The notes beneath the pieces were generated by a model that was not told the origin of the DNA, ran no database searches, and worked only from the letters and a program-made list of their open reading frames with translations. Made by a program: the position numbers and the translations under genes. DNA of 32,000 nucleotides, from NCBI RefSeq assembly GCF_003945235.1, contig NZ_RSDW01000001.1, forward strand, positions 1,440,001-1,472,000, in the 5' to 3' direction. This document shows, one piece after another, positions 16,144 through 25,455 of this stretch (position 1 is the first letter of the stretch; each line of letters opens with the position of its first letter). This stretch comes from Edaphobacter aggregans (lineage in GTDB: Bacteria > Acidobacteriota > Terriglobia > Terriglobales > Acidobacteriaceae).

Positions 16144-17538
16144 ATGGCGACGAAGCGTGAGGGTAGCGTTTCCCGGCGAAGGTTTTTGCAGACTTCGCTG
16201 GGTGCGGCAGCGGTGGCGGGGTTTCCGGCGATTGTGCCTGCGAGGGTGCTGGGGCAGATGGCTCCGAGCAAGCAGATCAACGTTGGGGCGATTGGTGTGG
16301 GCCGCATCTCGCGAGGGCATGATCTTCCGGCGATCTTGAGGAACGATAGCGCTCGCGTGATGGCAGTGTGTGACTTATCTGCAGATCGTGTCGATCTGGG
16401 GAAAAAGTTCGTCAATGACTTCTACGCGAAGAAGACCGGGAAGCCGTATGACGGGGTAACCGGGTACGCGAACTTTCGTGAGTTGCTGGCGAACAAAGAC
16501 ATTGATGCTGTTGTGATTTCGACGCCGGATCATCAGCACGCAATTCTTGCGGTGGCAGCAGTGCGGGCGGGGAAAGATGTGTATCTGCAAAAGCCGGCTT
16601 CGCTGACGATTGCGGAAGGACGGTATCTGAGTGATGCGGTGCAGGCTTCGGGTCGGATACTGCAGATCGGGAGCCAGCAGCGGTCGTGGAAGCAGTTTCA
16701 CAGAGCGTGCGAGCTGGTGCGGAATGGACGGATTGGGGAGATCAAGCACGTTGAGATAGGGCTGCCGGGTGATCCTGCGGGTGGGGATCCTACGCCGATG
16801 ACGGTGCCCACGGGGTTCAACTATGACTCGTGGCTGGGGTCGACGCCTGAGGTGCCGTATACGGTTGATCGCGTGATGCCGCTGAAGGGCTTCGACCGGC
16901 CGGGATGGCTAAGGATGGAACAGTTCGGGGCGGGGATGATTACGGGCTGGGGTGCGCACCATGTGGATACGGCGCACTGGGGAATGGATACCGAGTACAC
17001 AGGGCCGGTGGAGATTTGGGGCACCGCGGAGTTTCCGACAAAAGGGCTTTGGGATGTGCATGGGAAGTTTCTGACGCATGCCATTTATGCGAATGGCGTA
17101 ACGATGGATATCTCTGGGGATTTTCCGAACGGCATCAAGTGGTATGGGACGAAGGGTTGGCTGTTTGTGACACGGGATGAGATGACTTCGCCAACTGCGG
17201 CGGCGGGACAGAGTGTGAAGATCGAGCCGCTGATGGCGAGCGATCCGAAGATTCTGGATTCGGTGATCGGGCCGGATGAGATTCATCTGTACACCGCTAC
17301 GGAGCAACATGCGAACTGGCTGGAGTGTATCCATACGCGGAAGCAGCCGACGGCTCCGGTTGAGATTGGGCATCGGGCTTGCTCGACTTGCCTGCTGCAT
17401 CATATTGCGATGAAGACGAAGCGCAGGTTGCACTGGGATCCGGAGCGGGAGAAGTTCAAAGGCGATGACGATGCGAATGCTATGTTGTCGCGGCCGCAGC
17501 GTTCTCCTTATACATTTGCTGAGAGTAGCTGGGTTTAG
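16144..17538 (+). CDS. Gfo/Idh/MocA-family oxidoreductase (possibly GH109-like) with Tat signal
   Basis: Twin-arginine motif 'SRRRFLQTS'. 'VGAIGVGRISRGH' is the dinucleotide-binding motif, with 'STPDHQH' and 'VYLQKP' also present. SD aaggagg lies in the 15-nt gap after the previous gene. Confidence 0.85.
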   Translation: MATKREGSVSRRRFLQTSLGAAAVAGFPAIVPARVLGQMAPSKQINVGAIGVGRISRGHDLPAILRNDSARVMAVCDLSADRVDLGKKFVNDFYAKKTGKPYDGVTGYANFRELLANKDIDAVVISTPDHQHAILAVAAVRAGKDVYLQKPASLTIAEGRYLSDAVQASGRILQIGSQQRSWKQFHRACELVRNGRIGEIKHVEIGLPGDPAGGDPTPMTVPTGFNYDSWLGSTPEVPYTVDRVMPLKGFDRPGWLRMEQFGAGMITGWGAHHVDTAHWGMDTEYTGPVEIWGTAEFPTKGLWDVHGKFLTHAIYANGVTMDISGDFPNGIKWYGTKGWLFVTRDEMTSPTAAAGQSVKIEPLMASDPKILDSVIGPDEIHLYTATEQHANWLECIHTRKQPTAPVEIGHRACSTCLLHHIAMKTKRRLHWDPEREKFKGDDDANAMLSRPQRSPYTFAESSWV

Positions 17539-17560
17539 GTTTGTTTAGGAGAGCGACGAG

Positions 17561-18046
17561 ATGATTAAACAGCGGGATGTGGCGATCGTGGTGATAGCCG
17601 CGCTTGTGGGTGCGGTGACTATGGGCTCGGTTATGAGCCTGCTGCATTTGAAGTCGGGGGTCGTTCCGGTCGCGGTGAATGGAAAGCCGGTGATTGGCGA
17701 GTCGGTGTACGACTGGAACACGATGGAGGTCAAGAAGACTCCGGTTGGAGAGTCGCGAACTGTGTTGCGCGGGCCTACGGCTACTCTGGATGAACTGGAG
17801 ATACATGTGACGACACTGAATCCCGGGGAGGCTTCGCATCCGCCGCATAAGCATCCGAATGAAGAGCTGATCATTCTGGATCAGGGAACGGTGGAGGCGC
17901 TGATCAATGGGGAGTGGAAGCGTGTGGGGACGGGATCTGTGATCTTCAATGCGTCGAATGTGATGCACTCGCTACGGAATGTGGGGGATACTCCGGCGAC
18001 GTATCACGTGGTGAATTGGCACACGGATAAGACGCCTAAGGAATAG
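17561..18046 (+). CDS. Membrane-anchored cupin-domain protein
   Basis: N-terminal hydrophobic anchor 'VAIVVIAALVGAVTMGSVMSLL'. Cupin motifs 'HPPHKHPNEELIILDQG' and 'GSVIFNASNVMHSLRNVG'. SD aggaga lies upstream. Confidence 0.8.
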   Translation: MIKQRDVAIVVIAALVGAVTMGSVMSLLHLKSGVVPVAVNGKPVIGESVYDWNTMEVKKTPVGESRTVLRGPTATLDELEIHVTTLNPGEASHPPHKHPNEELIILDQGTVEALINGEWKRVGTGSVIFNASNVMHSLRNVGDTPATYHVVNWHTDKTPKE

Positions 18047-18055
18047 AGCTAGAGA

Positions 18056-18454
18056 TCAAGCGCGGTGGAGCAGAGGGTCGACGAAGGTGTGAAGCTTTTT
18101 GGGCGCGATGATGCGCCAGGCTTCGAGGAGATGGAGGGTTAGTTCGTCGTCGCTGACTCGGTCGAGTTCGACGCCTACCCAGCCGCGTACGCCCACGTAG
18201 GGAGGCTTGAAGAATGTTTGTGGCGAGGTTCGCGTTAGATGCTGCTGGGTTCCCGGTGTGGCTGGGATCCAAACGGCTACGTGGCCGTCGTGGTGGTGGT
18301 TGTTATCGAACATGGCAAAGACCTTCTTGTTGACGAAGAAGGTTGGTTCGCCGTGGGAGAGTTTTTCGGAGGTGGCGGGGAGGGCTGCGCAGATTCTCCG
18401 GACTCGACTGAGGTGCTCGTGATGCGGATCGGATTTTTGCGTTGGGTTCGGCAT
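18056..18454 (-). CDS. MmcQ/YjbR-family protein
   Basis: '[32 protein letters not shown]' and '[15 protein letters not shown]' resemble the YjbR/MmcQ (PF04237-type) family. Confidence 0.75.
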   Translation of the reverse strand: MPNPTQKSDPHHEHLSRVRRICAALPATSEKLSHGEPTFFVNKKVFAMFDNNHHHDGHVAVWIPATPGTQQHLTRTSPQTFFKPPYVGVRGWVGVELDRVSDDELTLHLLEAWRIIAPKKLHTFVDPLLHRA

Positions 18455-18484
18455 GGCGAGTTATGACCGCCAGCAGTGTAGTCC

Positions 18485-19516
18485 TCAGGATGGCTTGGTG
18501 GCGAGGATGAGGGGCGACGGTCCGGGGGCGTCGAGGGTGCGTGGGTTTTCGAAGCCGGCCTCGCGGAGCCAGGTGCTGATCTCTTCGAAGGAGTAGGTGC
18601 CGCCGTCGTCGGTGTTAACGAGCATGTTGACGGCGAAGAGAAGGCCGTTGGGTGGGCCGGTGCGGCCGGCGTTGACGAGGAACTCTGCGATAGCGATGGT
18701 GCCGCCGGGGGCAAGTGCTGCGAAGACTTTGGCGAGGAGAGCTTTGCTTCGTTCGACGCCTTCGCTGTGGAGGATGTGGCCGAGGGTGGCGACGTTGTGG
18801 CCAGTGCCGAAGTCAGCGCCGTCCAGGTCGCCGGGGGAGAAGGAGAACTGGCTGGTGAGACCGAAACGGGCGACCACCTCTTTAGTGGTGGGGAGTACGT
18901 TGGGCCAATCGACGGCGGTGACGTGGACGGTGGGTGCGCTTTGCGCGAGGGCGATGCCCCAGACTCCGGAGCCGGCTGCGAGGTCGAGTGCGCTGGTTGG
19001 CTGCTGGGTTGCTCCGAGGTTGAGATGGTGGGCGAGCGCCTTGGCTGAGGGGTAGCTCATGGGCAAGATATCCACGACAAATTTGTGGAAGAACTCGGTG
19101 CCGTCGGCCTCCTGGTTGACGGCTCGCACGGGTTTGCCGGTGGCCACGACTTCATTGAGATGGAGGAAATTGGGCATGAGTTGGCGGCTGGTGTGACGGA
19201 GAACGCCGCCGTGGAAGCTGGGTTTGGTGCTGACGAGGAAGGTGGAGCTCTCCGGGGTGAGGGAGTAGAGGGCGTCGCCGTTGTTGCCTGTCTTGGCGAG
19301 AAAGTTGAGGCCTACGAGGGCGTTCATAATGGCGTCGAGGCCGCGGACGGAGGCGTTGGTGGCTTCGTGGACCTGCTGGATGGTTTTGGGGCCGCTGTCG
19401 AGTGTGTCGAAGACGTGGTGGGTGATGGCTGCTTCAAGGACGAGCGTGGGGATGTAGCCCCAGGCGAATTGCATGATGCGCTCGGGGGTGACCGGCGCTT
19501 GCTGTGTGGGATTCAA
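18485..19516 (-). CDS. Class I SAM-dependent O-methyltransferase (winged-helix dimerisation domain + methyltransf_2 type)
   Basis: SAM motif I 'LDLAAGSGVWGIAL'. The N-terminal dimerisation/HTH-like region and overall length are typical of small-molecule O-methyltransferases. TTG start with GAGGAG 5 nt upstream. Confidence 0.85.
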   Translation of the reverse strand: MNPTQQAPVTPERIMQFAWGYIPTLVLEAAITHHVFDTLDSGPKTIQQVHEATNASVRGLDAIMNALVGLNFLAKTGNNGDALYSLTPESSTFLVSTKPSFHGGVLRHTSRQLMPNFLHLNEVVATGKPVRAVNQEADGTEFFHKFVVDILPMSYPSAKALAHHLNLGATQQPTSALDLAAGSGVWGIALAQSAPTVHVTAVDWPNVLPTTKEVVARFGLTSQFSFSPGDLDGADFGTGHNVATLGHILHSEGVERSKALLAKVFAALAPGGTIAIAEFLVNAGRTGPPNGLLFAVNMLVNTDDGGTYSFEEISTWLREAGFENPRTLDAPGPSPLILATKPS

Positions 19517-19594
19517 GATTGCTCCTCGGACTGATATCGTGCCGGAGCAAGTTTAGCGGATGATAAGAGGCGGTGCTGGATTGTTTTCGAATCG

Positions 19595-21697
19595 TTAGCG
19601 GAGTTGGAACTCGGGGCTGCCCATGACCAGGGCGGTGAGGAGGTTGAGGGTATCGGTGGGTGGGGACGTGGGAGTGGTGAGTTCGGCAATCTGTTTGTGG
19701 ATGAGCTGGTTGGTCTGCGAAGAGATTTCACCGCCGATGAGTGTGGATTCGAGGACGTGGAGAGCGATGTCGGGGCCTGCGGTTTCGGGTGGTGTGTCTG
19801 TGGTGAGGACGGTTTCGGCGTAGCGGGGATGCAGGGTGGTCTGCACGGTGGTTGCGGGTTGGGCCATGAGGCCGAGCGCCAAGACGTGGGCGGAATCGAA
19901 CTTCTGATTGGCGAATTTGTTGCCGGTGAGGGAGTATGCGAAGTTGAGGCGGTCGACGAGGGCGCTGGAGTTCATCCAGTGATCGGCGGTGATGTAATAG
20001 CCGGTGGGTGGAAGGGCGTAGTAGAGAGGCATGCCCATGGACTTGATGGTGTTGACGAGCGCGCCTGGGTTGGATGGGTCAGTTGCGGTGGTGCGGAAGG
20101 CAGAGGCCAGGAACTCCATGGGGGTTTTTACTTTGTTGCGGAAGTATTTGCGGGAGTTGAACTCGGGCGATTGGACGAGGGTGCGGAGGATGGCTTTGAT
20201 GTCTCCGTCGGTGGCTAGGTAGGTGGCGGCCATGCGGTCGACGAGGACGGGTGGCGGCTCGTCGGCTACGAAGCGCTGAGCTAGTTTGTAGCTGATGAAG
20301 TGCGCGGTTTTAGGGCTGGCGGCTAGGAGGTTGAGGGCGTCGACGCCCTCGTTCATGCCGGTCGGAATGTTGGCGGGGAGATTAGCCGCTTCCGAGTCTG
20401 TGGTGGCGATGGTGTGGCCGAGCCATTGCTTGGGGCCGGGCTCGTGGCGCTTGGCGTCGAATTGAAAGGGGCCGCCCTGGTTGGGCCGGTCGACGGTCCA
20501 GCCGGTGAGGATAGCGGAGAGGGCGGTCACGTCGGCCTGGGTGTAGCCTCCGTTGACGCCGACGGTGTGGAGCTCCATCACTTCCCTGCCGTAGTTTTCG
20601 TTGAGGCCGCGGTTCCCTTTCTTCGAGTTGGGATTGGACGGGTTAACTCCGTTGGCGAGGGAGTCGGGGCCGATGGACTGCCAGTTGTCGAGGTAGACCA
20701 TCATGGCTGGGCTGGTGGCGGTGGCGAGAAGGAGATCGCGGAACTTGCCGAGGGCGTTTTTGCGGATGACGTCGCGCTCGTAGGTGGTGGTGTACCACTG
20801 GTCCGAGTCTTTTCCGATGTAGATGTTGAAGTGATTGAACCAGAAGTCGGTCATGACCTCCTGGAGCTGACGCTCGGAGAGGATGGCGCGGAGGAGCTTG
20901 GCTTGTGAGAGCTCGTTGATGATTTGGTAGGAAGTTCCGATGTTGGCAGCCATGGCGTTGAAGATCTGGCGCTCGCGGGGGGTCAACTGGCCGAGTAGCA
21001 GATTGCGCTGATCTCCGGCGACGTAGGTAGTGAAGGCTATGCGGTCAGATACGGGGAGCTTGATGAGCGCGGGCATGCGCTGCTCTTTTGGCAAAGTAAA
21101 GAGGTCGCCAGCGATGCGTGCGGCGGTCGCCTGGTCTTGTTTCTTTTGATCGGCTAGTTCGGCTTCGGTGGGGGGAGTAACGGCGGATTTGCCGTCGGCG
21201 TTGATCTTTTTGGTTTCGTTTTCTTTGTTGAGTTTGTAGATTTGGACTTCGTAGACAGCGGCGAGGTTGGGGTCAGAGGGCATGGGGCGCTTGCTGTCGG
21301 CAACCTGTTGGATCGTGCCTCGGTCGGGGAACTGAGTGAGCGCCTGATCGGGTTGCATGTTGAGGGTGGGGTAGTCGTTGAGACGCTTGTTGAGGGCGTC
21401 GTCGTTGATGGTTTGCGGGTTGAGTTGCTGCTCGAACCATGCTTCGGGGGTCATGGCGAGGACTCGTTGAACATCGCCGGGGCATGGGCCGAAGGTGAAG
21501 CGGTTGAGGATCTGGAGGGCTTTTTCCTGTTGAGTTAGTGGTGTGAGTGGAGCGGATTTGGGGGGCGGGGGAAGTTTGGGTTTGGCGGTCTTCGAGGGTT
21601 TAGCGGCTGCTCTCGATGTGGGCTGCATGGGAGCTTCGTTTTGCGCATGAAGCGGGGTCAGGGTGAGTGCCAACAGAAGAATTGGGACCGCGCGCAT
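19595..21697 (-). CDS. DUF1800-domain secreted protein
   Basis: The ORF-track version (to 22408) runs through msrQ in another frame with an R/P/H-rich translation. The real start is ATG 21697 (MRAVPILLLALTLTPLHAQ signal peptide, AGGAG upstream). 'LNRFTFGPCPGD', 'FWFNHFN' and 'LMELHTVG'-like ('VMELHTVGVNGGYTQ') motifs are typical of DUF1800. Confidence 0.85.
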   Translation of the reverse strand: MRAVPILLLALTLTPLHAQNEAPMQPTSRAAAKPSKTAKPKLPPPPKSAPLTPLTQQEKALQILNRFTFGPCPGDVQRVLAMTPEAWFEQQLNPQTINDDALNKRLNDYPTLNMQPDQALTQFPDRGTIQQVADSKRPMPSDPNLAAVYEVQIYKLNKENETKKINADGKSAVTPPTEAELADQKKQDQATAARIAGDLFTLPKEQRMPALIKLPVSDRIAFTTYVAGDQRNLLLGQLTPRERQIFNAMAANIGTSYQIINELSQAKLLRAILSERQLQEVMTDFWFNHFNIYIGKDSDQWYTTTYERDVIRKNALGKFRDLLLATATSPAMMVYLDNWQSIGPDSLANGVNPSNPNSKKGNRGLNENYGREVMELHTVGVNGGYTQADVTALSAILTGWTVDRPNQGGPFQFDAKRHEPGPKQWLGHTIATTDSEAANLPANIPTGMNEGVDALNLLAASPKTAHFISYKLAQRFVADEPPPVLVDRMAATYLATDGDIKAILRTLVQSPEFNSRKYFRNKVKTPMEFLASAFRTTATDPSNPGALVNTIKSMGMPLYYALPPTGYYITADHWMNSSALVDRLNFAYSLTGNKFANQKFDSAHVLALGLMAQPATTVQTTLHPRYAETVLTTDTPPETAGPDIALHVLESTLIGGEISSQTNQLIHKQIAELTTPTSPPTDTLNLLTALVMGSPEFQLR

Positions 21698-21762
21698 AGA
21701 AACTCCTGCATGGTTAGACAGGTGTTTGGGGGGAGAAGTTGTGGCAGAGAAAAAACTGCTGA

Positions 21763-22473
21763 CTAACTTTTCGTAGTCCGGGTTGAGAGCGCGGGCTTGG
21801 CGCGCAGGCGCTTCATTGCGGTGAATGCGATGCGAGCGAGCAGAAGAATTGTGAGGACTGCGGTGTCTTTCCAGGGGGTACGGACGCCCGTCTTGACCAG
21901 CCACCAGAAGTGGATGACGGCGGCGATGGCGGCGACGTAAATGAGGCGGTGGAGGCGTTGCCAGTTTTTGCCGCCCATGGCTCGCATGATGAACGCCGGT
22001 GAGGTGAGGGCGAGTGCTAGGAGGATGAGCCAAGCGAAGAATCCTACCTGGATGAAGCGGCGTTTGAGGAGGTCGTTGAGGATGGGTGGCCAGACGATCT
22101 TCCACTCTTTGATGATGACTCCGGGCTGGCCTGTCCGGATGCCATTCAGAACCATGACGATATCGTAGCCGGAGAAGAGGATGATGTAGGTCGCGAGATG
22201 GAGAGTCGCGTAGAAGAAGGCGTAGAGGCCGATGAGACGGCGGAAGCGGATTAGGAAGGCGAGCTTCGGCGAGAAGCGACGGAGAGGCGTGACTGCGAGG
22301 CAGGCCAACAGAATGTAGAGTGCCCAGTCGCCGGTGAAGTGCGTGATGTAGTTGACGGGATCGGCTTTGAGGGCAAGCGCGCCGGAGTTGTAGGAGTGTA
22401 CGAGCCACGCGAATGGGACGAGGCAGAGGAAGTGCACGAGAACTTTGAGGGCGATGATGGCTCGTTTGGACAT
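21763..22473 (-). CDS. msrQ: Protein-methionine-sulfoxide reductase heme-binding subunit MsrQ (YedZ)
   Basis: Collinear similarity to E. coli YedZ as I recall it: 'ALKVLVHFLCLVPFAWLV', 'DPVNYITHFTGDWAL', 'RRLIGLYAFFYATLHLATY'. Confidence 0.85.
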   Translation of the reverse strand: MSKRAIIALKVLVHFLCLVPFAWLVHSYNSGALALKADPVNYITHFTGDWALYILLACLAVTPLRRFSPKLAFLIRFRRLIGLYAFFYATLHLATYIILFSGYDIVMVLNGIRTGQPGVIIKEWKIVWPPILNDLLKRRFIQVGFFAWLILLALALTSPAFIMRAMGGKNWQRLHRLIYVAAIAAVIHFWWLVKTGVRTPWKDTAVLTILLLARIAFTAMKRLRAKPALSTRTTKS

Positions 22474-22573
22474 GTTGGCTGGGTTAGTTTAGCGCGGGAG
22501 GGAGAAGGCAGAGCGTGGTGAGACTGGTGGACGCTCCGAAAGCCTGCGATGATGGAACTATAGCTTTCAAAAC

Positions 22574-23314
22574 ATGCCGGTTCTTTATTTGCGCAAATTA
22601 ACGGGCAAGGAGCGAAGCCAAGGGTCGAATCGGCAATTGGCTCACTTTCTTGCGTTTATTGCAGGCGCAACGAATGCAGGTGGGTATGTTGCGGTGAAGC
22701 AATATACGTCACATATGTCGGGGATTGTGTCGGCGATGGCCGACAATCTGGCCCTTGGAGAGATGCGATGGACGGCAGCGGGGCTCAGTGCACTGCTGGC
22801 GTTTCTGGCAGGGGCAGCCTGCACCGCGGTTCTGGTGAACTGGGGACGCCGCCGCCGTCTGGAGAGCGAGTACGCGCTTCCGCTGATGGTTGAAGCGTCC
22901 ATGCTGGTGTGCTTTGGATTGTTGGGCAATCGTTTTGAACAGCACCGCTGGCTGCTGGTATCGGCTACAGCGGCGCTATTGTGTTTCACAATGGGTCTGC
23001 AGAACGCCATCATCGCGAAGATTTCGCAGGCTGAGATTCGGACGACGCATGTGACGGGCATGGTGACGGACATTGGGATCGAGTTGGGTAAGGCAATGTA
23101 TTGGAATCGACGTGGACAGGAGGTTGGGGTTGTCCAGGCGGATTTGGAAAAACTTTGGCTGCTGGTATCGCTCGTTGGCCTGTTTTTTATTGGCGGGGTG
23201 GTTGGGGCGATAGGTTTTAAACACATCGGTTTTCTGGCCACGTTGCCTCTGGCTGCTGTAGTCGTGGTCTTGGCCGCGGTTCCCGTGGTGGATGATCTGC
23301 GGGATCTGCGATAA
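22574..23314 (+). CDS. YoaK/DUF1275-family membrane protein
   Basis: 'AFIAGATNAGGYVAVKQYTSHMSG', 'TMGLQNA' and 'RTTHVTG' are conserved DUF1275 motifs. It is hydrophobic throughout. Confidence 0.85.
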   Translation: MPVLYLRKLTGKERSQGSNRQLAHFLAFIAGATNAGGYVAVKQYTSHMSGIVSAMADNLALGEMRWTAAGLSALLAFLAGAACTAVLVNWGRRRRLESEYALPLMVEASMLVCFGLLGNRFEQHRWLLVSATAALLCFTMGLQNAIIAKISQAEIRTTHVTGMVTDIGIELGKAMYWNRRGQEVGVVQADLEKLWLLVSLVGLFFIGGVVGAIGFKHIGFLATLPLAAVVVVLAAVPVVDDLRDLR

Positions 23315-23421
23315 GGCCCTCCACCCCCAATCTACAGAGGGGTTGCTAAGGACCTTCGATGAGAGAACTGGCGCGTGGGAGAAAACAACAGTGAACAGGA
23401 AGGCCGGACGAGATATCCCCG

Positions 23422-24411
23422 CTAGTAGTATTTTTTGAGATTCATGCCGGTGTAGAGGCTGGCAACCTGGTCGGAGTATCCGTTGAACATCTGCGTGGGG
23501 ATGAAGCGAGGGAGAATGCTGTTAGTCGAATCGATGCGGCGTTCGCGGGCTTGCGACCAACGTGGATGATCGACGGTCGGGTTGACATTGGAATAGAAGC
23601 CGTATTCGCTGGAGTTTTGATCGTTCCAGGTGGTGTGAGGCTGCTTGTCGGTGAAGTGAAATTTGACGATGGACTTCGCGTTCTTGAAACCGTACTTCCA
23701 AGGCATGACCACGCGGATGGGAGCACCGTTCTGGTTGGGCAGGGTCTGGCCGTAGCAGCCAAAGGTCAGTAGGGCCAGAGGATTCATCGCTTCGTCGAGG
23801 CGAAGTCCTTCAGAGTAAGGCCAATCGAAGCCGCCAGGGAGGTTCATCTGCTTGCGGTCGGCAAGCGAGAGGAACTGGACGAATTTGGCGCTGGGAAGCG
23901 GCTCGCAGAAGCTGATGAACTGGGAGAGCGAGTAGCCGTCCCAGGGGATGACCATGGACCAGGCTTCGACGCAGCGGTGGCGGTAGACGCGGCTCTCGAT
24001 GGGGCGGTACTTCATGATGCTGTCGATGTCGAGCGTCAGAGGCTTTTTGACCATGCCTGTGACCTGAACGGTCCAGGGGCGGGTCTTGAGGGTGTGGGCG
24101 TTTCTGGCAGGGTCGGATTTGTCGGTGCCGAACTCGTAGAAGTTGTTGTAGGTAGTGGCTTTGTTGAAGGGGGTCTGGGGTTCAGTGGTGGTGTATTGGC
24201 TTGGTGCGGCGTGAAGGTCGTCGGCAGCTTGTATGGGGGTGGGGTGGACGAGGGCCGGTATCCGAGTGGCGGCGATGGCGCCTGCTCCAAGAGCAGCGGC
24301 TCCCGTGAGGAAGCGGCGACGGGTCTGTTGATGATTTTCAAAGGCCTCTTGAGGGGTGATGTCGGAGGAGCGGATACCCGCGTCGAAACGGTTGGACTTG
24401 CGTAGGAGCAT
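23422..24411 (-). CDS. msrP: Protein-methionine-sulfoxide reductase catalytic (molybdopterin) subunit MsrP (YedY)
   Basis: Tat signal '[16 protein letters not shown]'. '[11 protein letters not shown]', '[14 protein letters not shown]', '[16 protein letters not shown]' and 'HPRWSQA' closely follow E. coli YedY. Confidence 0.9.
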   Translation of the reverse strand: MLLRKSNRFDAGIRSSDITPQEAFENHQQTRRRFLTGAAALGAGAIAATRIPALVHPTPIQAADDLHAAPSQYTTTEPQTPFNKATTYNNFYEFGTDKSDPARNAHTLKTRPWTVQVTGMVKKPLTLDIDSIMKYRPIESRVYRHRCVEAWSMVIPWDGYSLSQFISFCEPLPSAKFVQFLSLADRKQMNLPGGFDWPYSEGLRLDEAMNPLALLTFGCYGQTLPNQNGAPIRVVMPWKYGFKNAKSIVKFHFTDKQPHTTWNDQNSSEYGFYSNVNPTVDHPRWSQARERRIDSTNSILPRFIPTQMFNGYSDQVASLYTGMNLKKYY

Positions 24412-24567
24412 GTTGAACGGTCCCTTCTGTTGCCAGCAACGCTAAAGGTAAGACTGGGCATACCTGCCGTTGGATAGATTACGCCTGAGGTGGGCGATTG
24501 GATGGCGAAAAGTGCGGCCGAACGTTTGGGGTCTGCCTTTAGGAACGGCAGATGATCCCCTGCGGAG

Positions 24568-25410
24568 ATGACAAGCAAGAAAGGCAAGAGCAATTGCACG
24601 GACGAGACAGAAGGGGGCGAGTTGGTGCAAACTGTTCGGATGATAAGCGGCGCGCAGGAACGACAGCTGATGGATGCGGCGGATATGTTGCTCGACGCGC
24701 GGAGAACATGTAAGCCGATCATGGATCTTCCAGTGGATCACCGACCGACGACGCTGGAAGAGGCGTACTTCGTACAGGACCGCATGTCGTGGGCGTATGA
24801 GGCGATAGGCGGATGGAAGGTTGGGGCTCCGACACCGGATGCGACGCCATCGTATGCGCCGATGCCGGCGGCGTGGACGTCGTGCAGCGGATGCGAGATG
24901 CGTGGGCTGACGCATCGCTACCGTGGACTCGAAGCAGAGATTGCGTTTCTGTTGGGGAAGGACCTGCCACCGCGTGAGACGCCCTACACGCGGGAAGAGG
25001 TCATAGCGGCGATTGCGAGCTGCCACCCGGCGATCGAGATACTGGAGAGCGGGCTGGTGGATCCGGCGCAAGCGTCGAAGCTGTCGGGGGTTGCCGATCT
25101 GGCACTGCATGGCGGGTTTGTGTTTGGAGATGCTTATCCGGATTGGCAGAATCTGGACTTCTCGAAGGAGCATGTGACGATCGCTGTGGATGGTACGGTG
25201 CGGGCGGATCGAACGGGGTCGAATACTTCGGGAGATTTGATGCGCCTGCTGCCGTGGCTTGCTAATGAAGGAGCCAGCCGCACAGAAGGATTGAAAAAGG
25301 GCGACTGGATCACGACCGGAAGCTGGACCGGATTTACCCAGGCGTGTGGAGGGTCGAGCGTGGACGTGGAGTTCGCACATGCGGGCAAGGTGCATCTGCG
25401 GTTTGCCTGA
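24568..25410 (+). CDS. FAH-fold hydratase, 2-keto-4-pentenoate hydratase-like
   Basis: 'EEAYFVQD...GGWKVG', 'EAEIAF', 'HPAIEILES', 'ADLALHGGFVFG' and 'GDWITTGS' fit the MhpD/HpcG-type hydratase-decarboxylase pattern. ATG 24640 is an alternative start. Confidence 0.7.
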   Translation: MTSKKGKSNCTDETEGGELVQTVRMISGAQERQLMDAADMLLDARRTCKPIMDLPVDHRPTTLEEAYFVQDRMSWAYEAIGGWKVGAPTPDATPSYAPMPAAWTSCSGCEMRGLTHRYRGLEAEIAFLLGKDLPPRETPYTREEVIAAIASCHPAIEILESGLVDPAQASKLSGVADLALHGGFVFGDAYPDWQNLDFSKEHVTIAVDGTVRADRTGSNTSGDLMRLLPWLANEGASRTEGLKKGDWITTGSWTGFTQACGGSSVDVEFAHAGKVHLRFA

Positions 25411-25455
25411 GGGTTGCGCAGGGCACTATTGCAAGCGAAAGATGTGAGGTGATGG

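Noticed and set aside
21698-22408. N-terminal 237 aa of the 937-aa ORF-track entry (19595-22408).
   Set aside because: This part overlaps msrQ in another frame and is R/P/H-rich. A signal peptide with an AGGAG SD starts at ATG 21697, which gives a normal 700-aa DUF1800 protein.
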